Origin: Asterias rubens
Taxonomy: Eukaryota
Direction of reading: 5' to 3'
Length of the DNA stretch: 64,000 nucleotides
Assembly (NCBI RefSeq): GCF_902459465.1
Contig: NC_047074.1
Span: forward strand, 2,046,001 to 2,110,000
Shown here: piece after piece, positions 12,201 through 24,556 of the stretch
Numbering within the stretch: position 1 is the first letter of the stretch
Layout: each line of letters begins with the position of its first letter
The notes under the pieces: model-generated
Databases searched by the model: none
The model's input: the letters and a program-made list of their open reading frames with translations, nothing else
What the model was told of the DNA's origin: nothing
Made by a program: the position numbers and the translations under genes

Positions 12201-15200
12201 ATTAGGCATCTGAAAGCACACAAATTTGTGGAACAACGTTTTTTTTCTTTATTATTTTCTTTTAACTTCGGTGACCAATTGAGTCGAAACTTTTGACAGA
12301 AATGTTATTTTATGCAAATGTTGGGATAAATGTGTCCAGTGCCTTTGACCATTTATCAAGTGGGAAGAAGTTAAACTAGATACTGCTTAGTAACCCAGAT
12401 TTGTTAGAAGATCTGTTTAGATTTCAGTAGCCCAAAATGAAAATGTGTGTCTTCATCACAGTATCATAACTTTGAGTTGAGTTGTAGTCTCCCCTAAAAA
12501 CAAGACCTTAGGCCTGCGCTTTACAGGTCCAGCGTTAACTTAAAGCTCTGAGTACAGTCCGACTGTTAATCCGGTAGCCCAGGGCTAGAAAGCTACAGGC
12601 AAGTTTGATCACTGCTCATTGGCCACAAATATTGTCTCTTGGAAAATAAATGGTGCACTTTAGTTTGTGTTTCAAAAAAGTTTTACATAATGAGTTCTAC
12701 TTTTACAATAACAGGAACAGAGGACTTTCTCAAGAAGGCTTACGTGATATGATGCCACGTTCTGGAAGCCTTGATAATCGTCAGGGACAACGGGCAAGTC
12801 CTAGTGCAGTTGGCCGAGGAAGAGGTCCCAACTTCGGAAGGGCCCCCGAACGAGATCTAGGCCCAGAGCGAAGAGAAAGAGGGCAAGAAAAAGAGAGAGG
12901 CCCGCAACGAGGGAGAGACCCTGTGCCCCAGAGAGGTGGTAGAGGACCTGATCTGGGACGGGGCAATCAAAGAGGGAAGGGGCAAAACAGGAGTCTGGAC
13001 CGGGGAAAAGGCCCTGAGTTCAGTAAGGGCCAAGAAAAGGATAGATTCCAGGAAAGGGGAGGGGAGCCTCAGAGAGGTAGAGACGGAGATCCACGAAAGG
13101 ATACAGGACCTGATAAAAATAAGGACATCCGAGGAGGCTCAAACCGTGGAAGAGCTCCTGAGAGAGAAGGCTTTGTAAGACAGGACGATCGTAGCTTCGA
13201 AGAGTCCCGAACATCAAGAGACAGCTCAGCTGATAGTCGACAGTTGGATAAGTTGAAATCTTCTGATCTGAAGAAAGGGGCTCGTGATTCTGTTCGCTTG
13301 GATCAGGGAAAACGAGCCGACTCAAAAGACAGGAGAGATAATTCTAGATCTCAGGAGAGACGAGGAGATTCAAGGGGTTCCAGCAGCTCTCGTAGAGAGA
13401 AACCAGAAGACCGCGATAAAAACCCAAGGTCTGAGAGGCCCTCCGAAAAAACTGGACGAGATTTCCCGAAGAAAGCAGCGTCTGTTGACAGTAAGTTTGC
13501 TTCTGATTCCTCTGCTACCACTCGAGGGCGAGGTGATCGATCCCAGTCTCTTGAGAAACTTGATCGAGACCAGGAGCAGAGGTCAAGTTTGCCAGAGTCT
13601 AAGGCAGTTGAAGTGCTTTCCAGATCGTCTACTCAAGACAGCAAAGAGAGCACACCCCTGAAGGAGGCATCGCCAGTGAGACCTTCAGATGAAGTTTTCA
13701 GCGACTGGTCAGAAGGTGGAAGTGATGAGCTTCTGAATCAGAGCCCACCGGTAGAGGAGAGGACCTTACCAACCACCTCTGTTATAGAATCTGTCACCAA
13801 GAAACAGGACTCCATGACTGAACCACCTAAAAAGGACTTGAAGCAAAGATCGGAGAAGAGATCTGAGGATCGAGAGAAGCAAGAAGGAGTCGAAGGTAGA
13901 TCTCTGCGCAGCTTAAGTAATGGCAGCAGCTCTAGCCGGTACAGCTCTATTAGCTCCGTGCTTCTTGGGCAGAATGTTCCCGGGGCCTCCCTGGATCAAC
14001 CTTCTGTTGCGAAAGCGGGACCAGTGCAGGAAGACGAAGGCATCGCGCCATCTCTTGACAAGTTTAGACTACCTTCAGAGGACAAAATGCATCAAGGCAA
14101 AGGAGCTCAAGATAAGAACAGTGGTGAGTATTAATAACAATAATGATAAAAAAAAACATTTGTAAAGTGCCTAATGCAAAAGCCTCTAAGCGCATAAAGA
14201 GAACAACGAAATATACAATGAGATGACAGAGACATTACAAGAAAGCAGATTACAAATAAGCAGCTTTGAACAATGCATGTTCATTAATACAGGTGTAATA
14301 TGGTGAGACAAGCTAGAAATCTTGCAAGGACTATCAGTGAGCATAGTTTGACTAAGCGGAACTTTGTCTAGTCAACAATAGTTGCACTTCGCTAGTCCAC
14401 TATTTGGAACCAACCTCGCGGGTTATCAATAGCCTTTTTCATAGCACAGAGCAGAGTGGATCAGTTATAACAAAATGATAATGTGCGTCAAGTCGAAAGT
14501 CTCGTTGATGACATGACGAGAGTTGTTTACACTACAACTTCTAAAAAACCACTCGTTGATCATTGATCCTTGTGCGACTTGACTGTTGTGTTGTTAATAA
14601 CCTCAACGTTCATCATTGCAGAAAAGATTTCAAACCAAAACTTTTACAAGCGATTTTTGTTATTAACAAGGTTTACCCGCAGAAGTTGTTGCACGTCCAG
14701 AGCAGGGTACAGCCTCGGATATTTATGAGGTGATTAGTGATGATGAGCTGGATGATATACTGGAAGACGAGGCCAAGGAGGATGCAAAACCAGAGGAGGA
14801 TGTAAAAGTACAAGAAGGTACGGTTAAATTGTTTCTTGATTGAATTATTAATTGTTTCATTGCTTGGTTGATTGATTCTTTGATTGATTGAATATTTGAT
14901 TGTTTTATTTATTGAATGGTGTATTGATTGATTGATTCATGAACTCTCTGATTGCTTGATTTATATATTGACTGTCTGATTGAATTGATTTACTTTTGAA
15001 ATGATTTATTGACTGTTTGTATGATTGATTGATTGATTGATTGATCGATAATATTGATTGATTCATCAATTATTTGATTCATTGATTGCTTGATTTGTAT
15101 TGATTGATTGTTTAAATGATTTATTGATTGAAGACTTGATTGATTTATTTATGAACTAATTTATTGAATGTCTGATGTAATGATTGGTCGATTGATTGAT

Positions 15201-18072
15201 TATTTAACAATTAATTGATTCTTGTATTGCTTGATTTATATATTGGTTGTTTGATTATTTGATTGATTATTTGATTGATTTGTTGAATATTTGGCGTATT
15301 TATTTATTGAATGATTTTGATGCCTGTTTATTTCAATGACTGATTTATTGATTGATTGATTGATTGATTCTTTAATTTGTGTATAGATTGTTTTTAGGAG
15401 TGCACTAGGCCTATACCAGCACATTCAGCTATAGTTTTATTCACTTAGCCCTAAGCCTAAACATTCTTATAATCATTCTAAGTCAGCACTTTTGTTATTG
15501 TGTTCAGAGTTACTTAAAAGATTCAAAACAAACATGAACATCATTTATTCCTAGTTAGAAGTTTAGGCCTAATAGATCGAGATTTGCATCAGGGATAAAG
15601 AATATTAGTTTTGGTTTTGCCGATTTACACTGATGTGTGTTGACACTGTAATACTTTACATTAGATGCTGCAGTTCTCTTCCATTGTTTAAAAACTTGCT
15701 GAAAACTCATTTATTTAACTCTATACAATTAGCTTGTAGCATTAATTATATTATTCAATTGTCTTTGTATTCTATATTTCTCTTTTGTTGCCTATGTATG
15801 TTTCTTTTGTTTTGCGCCTTGGAATAGGGTATTGTATGTACTAGATAGATGGCGCATTATAAATGCATTACTGTTTTACTCCGTACACTCCCGAGCTCTG
15901 TATAAAAAATTACAGGCAATATTACTCGGGTACTCTAGAAGTTGATCTAATAATTCCTCCCCCCCTGTTTTCTCTCGAACAGATGTGCAGGCAGATTTGA
16001 CCGCAGTAGACTGGTCCAGTCTCATGGCCCAGACTCCAATACAAACTGAGAAGAAATCCTCAGAGGAGGCTGGGTCCATACTGGATAAGTTCCGACCGGG
16101 CCAAGTACTGGCCCGCGTTGGAATCTCCAGAGCTCTCGCTGGGTCTGAGCTCATGAAGGAGGTGGAAAAGATTTGCCTCAAGGCTTCAGAAGGTATTCAA
16201 GTTCCCGTTGTGCATATATTTTTATACCAGAGCTTCTTAAAAGAGCATTTACCAATCTTTTACCCAACATTTGATCAGACTTCTGTATAAAAGCCAATTC
16301 AATATGGCATTTTGATTTTTTCCGTACTCTTATTGAACAAAATAATAAATAAAATAAAAATATTAAAATATCAGTACACAGAAAGGTTACAAAATCAAAA
16401 GTGCAAATAAGTTTACAAAATTAATATAGTGTTAAAAAAATAAAAATAAAAATAACTAGGAATGAACTAGTTAGGAGCTAGAGGCTGTTTGTGTGAGCAG
16501 AGCCTTGTTGAGCAGAGCCTTTATACAGGAAAAAAAAACAGCGAATCACAAGGCAAGGACAAGACAGACAGTACGAGCAATGACATTACAAAATGCCGAC
16601 AACAAAATACAAAGAATTAAAGTACTAGGCTAACTGTAGTCGACAAAAGTAAATACATGTAAACAAGCAGTGAAAGAGAGCAAGCTATGTTATATAGTGG
16701 GAGAGGAGGACTGTTGAGAGCTTAAATAAATGTTCTTAAATAATTGGAGAGAGCCAAGTAAAGAGATAGTAATAGAACATTACAAAGAGATAGTAATAGA
16801 ACAAATAGTTACTGTTTTTTAAGCGATTCTGCACCCTGTTTTTTTTCTTCTTAAAGTTTCAAAGTAAGAAAGAACCTTAGAAATCTTCTTAAAGTTTCAA
16901 AGTAAAAAAGAACCTTAGAAATGGACATGGATTCAAATATTTTTTTTTTGTACTCTGCAGAAGAAGGATCCAATATCCAAGTGCCGCTGTTTGAGAGCCA
17001 GCTCGGTGCTTTTAACGCATCAAGTCAGAGGAAGCTCCGACAGCGGAGACACCTGTTGTCAAACATAGGGCCTTGTAGACGCGCTCTGTGCGCTCGTCGT
17101 GATGTCATGATTCGCAAACAACTGGGTAAAGTGGATAAGGTAAGGGACCGTGTTTTGAAGCACTGGAGTTAACGTAATGTTTTGTGTCCTTGCCCATGTT
17201 TGTCTAGTTTGTCTGTCTAATCTTTCTTAAGGCAGTGGACACTATTGGTAATTACTAGAAACGATTTTTAGCATAAAACCTTACTTGGTAACGAGTAATG
17301 GGGAGCTGTTGATAGTATATACATTGTGAGAAATTCCCTCTGAAGTAATGTAGTTTTCGAGAAAGAAGCAATTTTCCACGAATTTGATTTCGAGACCTCG
17401 GAATTAGATTTTGAGGTCTCGAAATCAAGCATCTGAAAGCACACAACTTGGTGTGACAAGGGTGGTTTTTTTTTCATAGTTGTCTCGCAACTTCGACGAC
17501 CAATTGAGCTAAAATTTTCACAGATTTGTTATTTAATGCATTTGTTGAGATACACCCTGTGAGAAGACTTGTTACAATTACCAATAGTGTCCAGTGTCTT
17601 TAAGATTGAGTCATTAACACTTGCTTAAATATTACAGAAATAAGGAGGATGTAAATAAAAAAATTCTTATAATAGGATCAGACAAGTTTTTTTTTCGTTT
17701 TTTTTTCCTTCTGTTTTTTAATCTTAGTCATAATGCACAATGATTTTGGGGCTGTCAAGGTTATACAAAAGTATAAAAACTGTCATCTTAAGATGAGTAA
17801 AACCAGACCCCTGCAAACGATAAAAATATCGAGTTTTAGTTTAACAAAAATTAGTTGGGTTTAGCAAAATTTTAATTGATTTTTTTTTTTGTCTGTTTCA
17901 GCCGGAGCCAGACCAAGTGTTCTCCACCAGTCTCTTGGATGCTGAGCTGTTTAAGCTTAATGTGCAGCTCTTCAGGGCTGTTAAGAAGAGTCAGATACCA
18001 GACCAAACCCCTGCCACCTGTACAGTACCTGGTGCTCCAGACCGAACCTCACCAATAGTTGTATGCATGTGA
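4726..18072 (+). CDS. ZC3H13: Zinc finger CCCH domain-containing protein 13 (m6A methyltransferase complex subunit), 14 coding exons, about 1600 aa
   Basis: Exons 4726-4836, 5752-5864, 6270-6387, 6845-7001, 7493-7641, 8527-8720, 9018-9239, 9914-10539, 10944-11952, 12715-14123, 14683-14817, 15983-16192, 16961-17139, 17902-18072 (4803 nt, phases consistent). Diagnostic motifs: MRRKVTV..SRRPSVFERLGP; CCCH finger CRNWVREGSCSYGNTCRFQH; LEMKRQQIQREL; YEVISDDELD; VDWSSLM..KFRPGQVLARVGISRALAG; LLSNIGPCRRALCARRD..IRKQL. Confidence 0.96.
5533..5700 (-). mobile_element. 5'-truncated 3' end of an R4/Dong-clade (RLE-type) non-LTR retrotransposon inserted in a (TAA)n microsatellite
   Basis: Minus-strand frame 5699-5616 reads GTNVRIDLLQKAALLGTARILRKTLEI*, the typical C-terminus after the restriction-like endonuclease. 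A short 3'UTR follows, with (TAA)n on both sides. Confidence 0.8.
6180..6232. repeat. (TAT)n microsatellite
   Basis: Direct reading. Confidence 0.9.
6525..6750 (+). repeat. Dispersed repeat; second copy at about 9545-9760 in another ZC3H13 intron
   Basis: Shared CTGAATTCAGACTTTTTATGT..GAAGAAAATCAG..TTGGAATCTATAA..AAATGGCATCATTT. Confidence 0.7.
7652..8466. mobile_element. Cluster of GGCCCAATTTCAT-terminated palindromic MITEs filling ZC3H13 intron 5
   Basis: TIR-like GGGCCCAATTTCA...TGAAA(A)TTGG(A/T)C; near-perfect hairpin at 8222-8466; related ends near 18150, 19670, 58730 and 63685. Confidence 0.6.
10707..10910 (+). mobile_element. tRNA-derived SINE
   Basis: A-box-like TGGTCTAGTTGG and B-box GTTCGAATCC (10763-10772), followed by a non-tRNA body (CAGAACTC..AGTATACAGTGCTA). 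A second partial copy lies on the minus strand at about 28190-28285. Confidence 0.7.
11140..11830 (+). repeat. Coding tandem repeat encoding (RGDP/RADP)n in ZC3H13 exon 9
   Basis: 12-nt units with 24-nt higher-order copies AGAGCAGACCCCAGGGGGGATCCC around 11340-11420. Confidence 0.95.
12027..12344 (+). mobile_element. Kolobok-like MITE family A
   Basis: TTAA|AGGCACTGGACAC...GTGTCCAGTGCCT|TTGA. Confidence 0.75.
14830..15385. repeat. Degenerate (GATT)n simple-repeat tract, about 550 bp, in ZC3H13 intron 11
   Basis: Continuous TTGA/GATT-derived units. Confidence 0.9.
17231..17599 (+). mobile_element. Kolobok-like MITE family A
   Basis: TTAA-flanked, GGCAGTGGACACTATTGGTAAT...ATTACCAATAGTGTCCAGTGTCT. 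Confidence 0.8.
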
Positions 18073-18316
18073 ACATGCTGGAATGAATTCAAATGCCTTT
18101 TTAAGAGGCAGTTCTATTTTGTTTGTTTGTGTTCGATGTTTTCCCTTCAGGGCCGAAATTCATAGAGCTGCTTAAGCACAAAATGTAGCTAAGCACAAAC
18201 GAATTGTGTGACAGAATAGGGTTTCCAGCATTTGTTGTTGGGGGCCAACAGTTCTCAATCCTCCCGTATCCTCCAATCTGTGGTCACTGAATACCAACAT
18301 GTGATCTTGGTTTTAA

Positions 18317-18696
18317 AGGCAGTGGACACTATCGGTAATTACTCAAAATAATTATTAGCATAAAACCTTACATGGTGACGAGTAATGGGGAGAGGTTGAT
18401 AGTATAAAACATTGTGAGAAACGGCTCCCTCTGAATTGCCATGGTTTTCGAGAAAGAAGTAATTTTTCACGAATTTGATTTTGAGACCTCAGGTTTAGAA
18501 GTTGAGGTTTCGAAATCAACCATCTAAACGCACACAACTTCATGCAACAAGGGTGTTTTTTTCTTCTTTCATTATTATCTCGCAAGTTAGATGACCAATT
18601 GAGCTCAAATTTTCACAGGTTTGTTTTTATGCATATGTTGACATACACCAACTGTGAAGGCTAGTCTTTGACAATTAACAATAGTGTCCACTGCCT
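18317..18696 (+). mobile_element. Kolobok-like MITE family A, full length, in the ZC3H13 3' region
   Basis: TTAA|AGGCAGTGGACACTAT...ATAGTGTCCACTGCCT|TTAA; TTAA target site plus 5'-RR..YY-3' termini fits Kolobok. Confidence 0.85.
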
Positions 18697-19819
18697 TTAA
18701 AGATTGGAATGCCTTTGAAGTAATGTAGTTTTTAAGAAAGGGATAATTTTTTGTCTGAAAGCACACATTTGTACGGAACTGTGTTTTCTCCTTCATTACT
18801 TTCTTGCAATGAGCAATCAAGACAAAATTTTCACAGGTTTGTTATTTTTATAATTATGTTGGGATACACCAAGTGAGGATAATGGTCTGTGACTATACTC
18901 TGCCTTTAAATATTTACAGTTCCTTATTCAATTTTTTAAGGTAGACATTACCTACCTTTGCATATTTTAACGAGTAGTAAATTTGTGCCTTTAATTTTTA
19001 GCGGTAGAGTTTAATTCGATGTAGTTCGTACTTTTATTAATGATGAAATTAAGAAGTCAATTGGAGAGTAAGGCACTCGAGCGTAATTAATAATTTGATT
19101 GGTGTTTTGAAATAAAATCTTTCATTTCTAATGGAAACAAGTTTGTAGTTCACTTGATTTGTGGTTATTTGTAATAAAGCAACTTCACCAGCAAAGCGAA
19201 CAAAATGAGCCACGGAGCAGCGTTAACGCGCACGGATGTCACCATAATGATGATGTTTATGAGATGTACAGCATGTGTGCTGTGAAGCGTGACTGCGCCC
19301 ATCATTATGTAGCGGCCGCAACCGAGTTTTGATTCAGAATGCAATGCAAGGAGTGTTTATCCCCCGTTTTGTTTGGAAACTCCTCAATTTTGTAGTCTGC
19401 AAATCACGTCAATGTAGTTGAAATGTGTACGTCCTACACTTGGGGCAGGTAAACCTCCTACATAAGACATTGGATATGACCCGGTCTTCTGTACAGACGT
19501 TATTAGCAGTGGCTAGTAAAGCTTGAGGCCTGCGCTAAATGTCTCGATGAAAAAATTTAAGGTGGGAAACATCATTATGATTTTGTCGTTAATAATTGAG
19601 TGTCACGGCTTAAATTGCAATTTTCTCCCGTGTCAACATTTTGAATTTCTCTTTTAACAGCTTCGTGAAATTGGGCCAGCCAAAATGGCATGTTAAGTTA
19701 TCACTTGTAACTGGTATCCTTGTTATTTTTGCTTAGCAAATAAGTTTCCTAAACTAAGTTTTCCGCTTAACAGCTTTATGAAAATGGCCTGCACTTGTGC
19801 TATGGCGTCTAAGCTTTAA

Positions 19820-20420
19820 CCATTTAGCCACTGTACCGCCCAGCCGCCTATAGCGATATACTGTATGCGGTACGAGGAACCCTCGCTAGCTTGTGTTTGT
19901 AGAAAAAAAGGAACATCAAAAGAAAACTCGATAGTCATTAGTAGGTCTACGCATTTGTTAATATATCTAGTTGTTATAGATCGTTATTAATTCTCCCTTC
20001 ACAGTTGACTTGTCGAAGCTAATGATGATGAAATAATTTAGCTCTTACGAAAAATAAAACGCTCATTAGTAAACAGGAAACTGTTCATCATTTATGATGA
20101 TATTGTCGGAAATTAACGCCTTTGCATTTAATCAGTATGAGCATTGAGCCAGACAAAAGCCTTGAAAAGTCATTGTGTCCATTTTATCCGTGCACAAAAA
20201 TATTCGCCATAAAAATTATCGTAGCCGTTTAACGAGAGGCATTTATTGTTCCCATGAGAACTTGTACTTTTATACAAATATTACCGAAAGGGTAAACAAT
20301 TGTGCATACACATTAAGCCATGGCTATCTTTTAAAATTTGAACTACGATTCCAGTAATTTACTGCAAGAATATTGAGAAATTGGATTTCAGCAAACTCAG
20401 GCGGTGCAGGGACTAAAGGG
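19820..20420. mobile_element. piggyBac-like non-autonomous element (copy 1)
   Basis: TTAA|CCATTTAGCCACTGTACCGCC...GGCGGTGCAGGGACTAAAGGG|TTAA; homologous to 53129-53493. Confidence 0.7.
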
Positions 20421-23400
20421 TTAACAATTTGATAGCAAATGAGCGGCGTGTACATTTACGCCTCTATGATGACGTAAAGGTGTCGGGTTTGCGCGATTGT
20501 GGATTTCAATTCGTTCGATGTGTAATGGTGTATGATGATTGCCACTAGAACAAAAATTCATTGAAACTCTACAGAGGTGTGCCTGCCTGTCATGCATCCA
20601 AGTATTGTATTACTTTTGATTTTACAGCGCCACTGTGTCTTCACATTATTAGTTTGCAATACTTTCCTCTTGAAGCCCCATTTGCAAGAGTGGCTTTAAG
20701 CCATGTTTGTGGTGAACTTAAATCTAACAAAGTTTTTCAAAAGTTTAAAATTCAAGTCAACCAAATTGAATCTTTGAAACAATGACATGTACATACATTT
20801 ATTTATAAGCATTGTAAAGAAAAACCAAAAACTAATTTCACAAAATTAATGAAATGATTTGAAACCATCAATGGAAAACAAATAATAAAATACAAGAAAA
20901 CACAAATATTTATTTTGGACATAACGTACAAGCTATACAATGGAAGGATAAGCAAGTAAGGTACAGTTAAGATGGAATAAAATGATATTACACAATTAAG
21001 CTACTTTTGTTAGCAATTGTCAGTAAATTTCATTCAAGTTAATCCTCGTTAGTTTTAGACTTTGCTGAAATTGTCCAACATTGAAAGAAAATCTACAAAT
21101 TTTTACATTTGTTTCACTTTTTGTTATTATTTATGGTTACAATTGTTTCCAAAACATAATTCATTAATAAATGGAAATGAGTTTTTCAGCATGTCTCTGA
21201 ATTTTTCCAAAAGACTTAAATTGTGTACAGAGAACTAAATAAATTAACCTTTAAAACTAAATCTACGTAAAATGCTGCTCATGTTTTGTTAAAATTTACC
21301 ACGATGGTCTGGTTTTCCCACAGCACATACTATTATTTTGTTTGTGTCTGCGACAAGATCCATTGCCCCTCTTTTAAATAGTATTCCAAAAATTCCCCCA
21401 AAGAACAAGAATAGTACCAGTTTCCCAAAAATGATTCACCATCACTCTATGTCAGGAAAGGTTAATCCAAAAACGGGCCAAAAGAGACCCAAACAAAACA
21501 ATTTTAAGCAAAAATTCAAACAAAAGTTTGCATATTTATTGAGCAGGATTTTATTTCATTTCCACATGACTCCTGGGCTTGAACCAGACATAGTTATTTG
21601 TTTTTGTTTTCATAGAGCTGCTTAACAAGTTCCCGCAAAGCAAATAGTAGTACAAAATACCAGCCACAGATAGTTCATGTGACATGGTATTTTGACTGGT
21701 ACCCTTATCATGTTAAGTTGCACATCTGGCGTCATTTTGCCCTATGTAGTTGAACCCTTGTACTTATAAATATAGGTGTTAGTTTTTAAAGAAACACTGA
21801 CAATTTATATGCAAATTTACACGCAAAATATTAATGATGTGGAAGTGCTTATTTTCACACACTCTGGTTGTTGTGGCCATACTATTCACAGCTATCCATG
21901 TGAAGTTAACATCCACGTGTGATATTAACATCCATGTATATCACATTGAATCATGTGTGAATTTGTACATTCACATCCATCAATGTGGCACGAACAAAGA
22001 ACAAAATGAAAACAATGCACATCTTTGTCTCATGCTAATTTCTTTAGCCCCAATAACCAACAGACCCCTTGCCTATTGCTGATCGCTGCTGCACGTGCTC
22101 GTTTTACTCACCAAAGCAGCTACATGTTCATGTGTGTCATCCAATGAGCTACCTCTAGACTAAGTGAAGCCCACCTAGTTCAAACTTCCCGCGAATGCGC
22201 AAAGCGTAGTTTGACGTCGCATGGCTGTTTCGCAGCAAATGTTTCGCTGGAGTTGAACACAATTCAACTGTTGTGAATCATTCGTTGCGAATTTGTGACG
22301 TCAAAATTTGACACGTTGTTGCATTCGCAGAAAGTATGAACCGGGCTTGAGGGCGCAATTTGAGAAAGTGACACCATACAAGGGGTCTATTAAAAAAAAA
22401 TAAAAAACTCCCCCAATTACAGAAATTTCTTGGCCAAAATGATGTGTTAATATTAATTGAGAATACCAAAAAAATAAAACAAGTTGTGCGAATATATAAT
22501 GTAACTAACTTAATATTTTCTTATTAATACTGTTACACAGAGAAAATATCATACATACATAATAATGTGTATTATATAAAGTGCAGCATACACACACTTA
22601 GAACAGTACATATCTACCTACATGTACACTGTACAGGAGTATTTGTTCTTTGAAACTTGCTCAGCTATAAGTCAAGTCATTTCCCTAGTCCAAAACATGT
22701 TTTCACTTTCAAGAAATAGGGATGCTTTTCAATACTTAGTCTTGAAATCAAGTCGGTAATATTGTTAAGCGCGACACTCATCCTCGCTCCCAGTATGTGT
22801 GTGAGTCAGAGAGCTGCCACGCGCTACCTATGACCCTTGCATGAATGTATAAACGCACTGTGACTGTTGCATGATCGGCAGAGTTTGTGTTTGTAACAAA
22901 TAGGCAGCGCATAACGACTTGACGACAAGTCTATTCAATATTGAGTAAGCAGCCAGTTCGCCTGGATAGAATTATGAGTGGTTTAGCAATTTACTTTTAG
23001 AACTGGCATTAGGCCAGCGGACCACTGTTTAAGGAGAACGATGCAGTGTGGACTGAAAATCAAACACATGGTGTATATCACTTGATCATTTATTAACCCT
23101 CCTACCCTTAATCTCAGTAACATTTTATTTACTTTTTGGCGCTCCTCTTAATCCAATAAATGTTATGCAACAAATTGATTTTGGGAAAGCAATCAGCAGC
23201 CTTTAACCTTTTAACCTTTTTAAATGATTAATTTCACCAAAACACACCAAAAACATACACCTTTACTTTAAAATTGCGTTTTTTTTTAAACAAATTAAAT
23301 GAAAATTTCCTGTAAAAACATGGGTTTTCTTTATGAAGTGCGTGAAATTAGTTGTCGAAGAGATTAAGGTATTAGTTTTAATTGTCTATAATTCTCAAGA

Positions 23401-24556
23401 AAACAACCAAGTTCGCTGAGATAAATAAGAGATGTTCAACATTCTAAAACCAATGCCCATGTGACTGCTATTTCATGTTTACCTTTTTTAATATATATAC
23501 AAGCTTCTAACATGTACACATTAACACAAGACCCACCTACTGTAACCCTTGATAGCATTGGATTATATTTTAACCTATACATACAACAGCTACAAAATCC
23601 CTTTTTTTTTTTTTTTTTTTTTTTTTTTGCTAGAAAAGTGCAAGAGAATAATGATATTCACATGCTGGTTAACAGTGGAAATTAGTTTGGAATTCTTCTT
23701 GGAACTAAATCATAAAGTATACGCGGAAAGGTCAGCACACAGAGTATCACTTTTTAAGGTAGGGTCATCGTTTTTTTTTCTTTTGACAAAACGCTGGCCA
23801 AATTTTAAAGAAGGGTACAATTAAAGTAACATGTGAAAGTTTCAGTTAAATACGGTGTCTACTTAATGGGAGAAAAAAAAAAGGAGAAAAAGGGTCACTG
23901 TTTATTTTTAGTCAAATCTATCCATGTTTAGCGAGGTGACAGTCGGTTCCGAATATAAGCAGACACCATAAAAATTATTTGAATCTGCAACAGTTGCGGC
24001 GATCTATGTCAAAACAAATTTTTATGTTTCTATTCAGAAGGGTTACTTCTGACGAAATTATGTTGCGGGATTTTTACAATTAACACCAATCTTTAGAAGC
24101 TTTCGGATAAAAATTACACCAATTTTTAGGGTTATTAACTAAGTATGACCCAACCTTCAAGTATGACTCAAACTCAAAGTAATTTCACATACACAGTTTA
24201 GTTTTAAAAAGTTCACCCAAAATTTATGCAAAAGAGCAACCCCCAAATTTGTACAGGTATTATTAAATTTCTTCTTCCATTCAAAAACACAGTCAGTGTT
24301 AATTCTCTTCGGAAGCGTCAAAAAAAAATTTACGAAGCTCTTCAAAATCCCTCCAATTTATTAATTTACACTTTGATTACTTTTTTAAACTGTGCCCAAA
24401 AAAAGCGTCATCAAAGCACGGTTATGATACAGCGCCTTGGTATAAAGCATTTACAACAAAGGATTGCAAAAGGAGAAATATTACAGCAGATCATTTGCAA
24501 GAGAGACTCACAGATTAAATTCTTTTTGAGGGGCGAAATACCCCCAGTTCAGCCAA

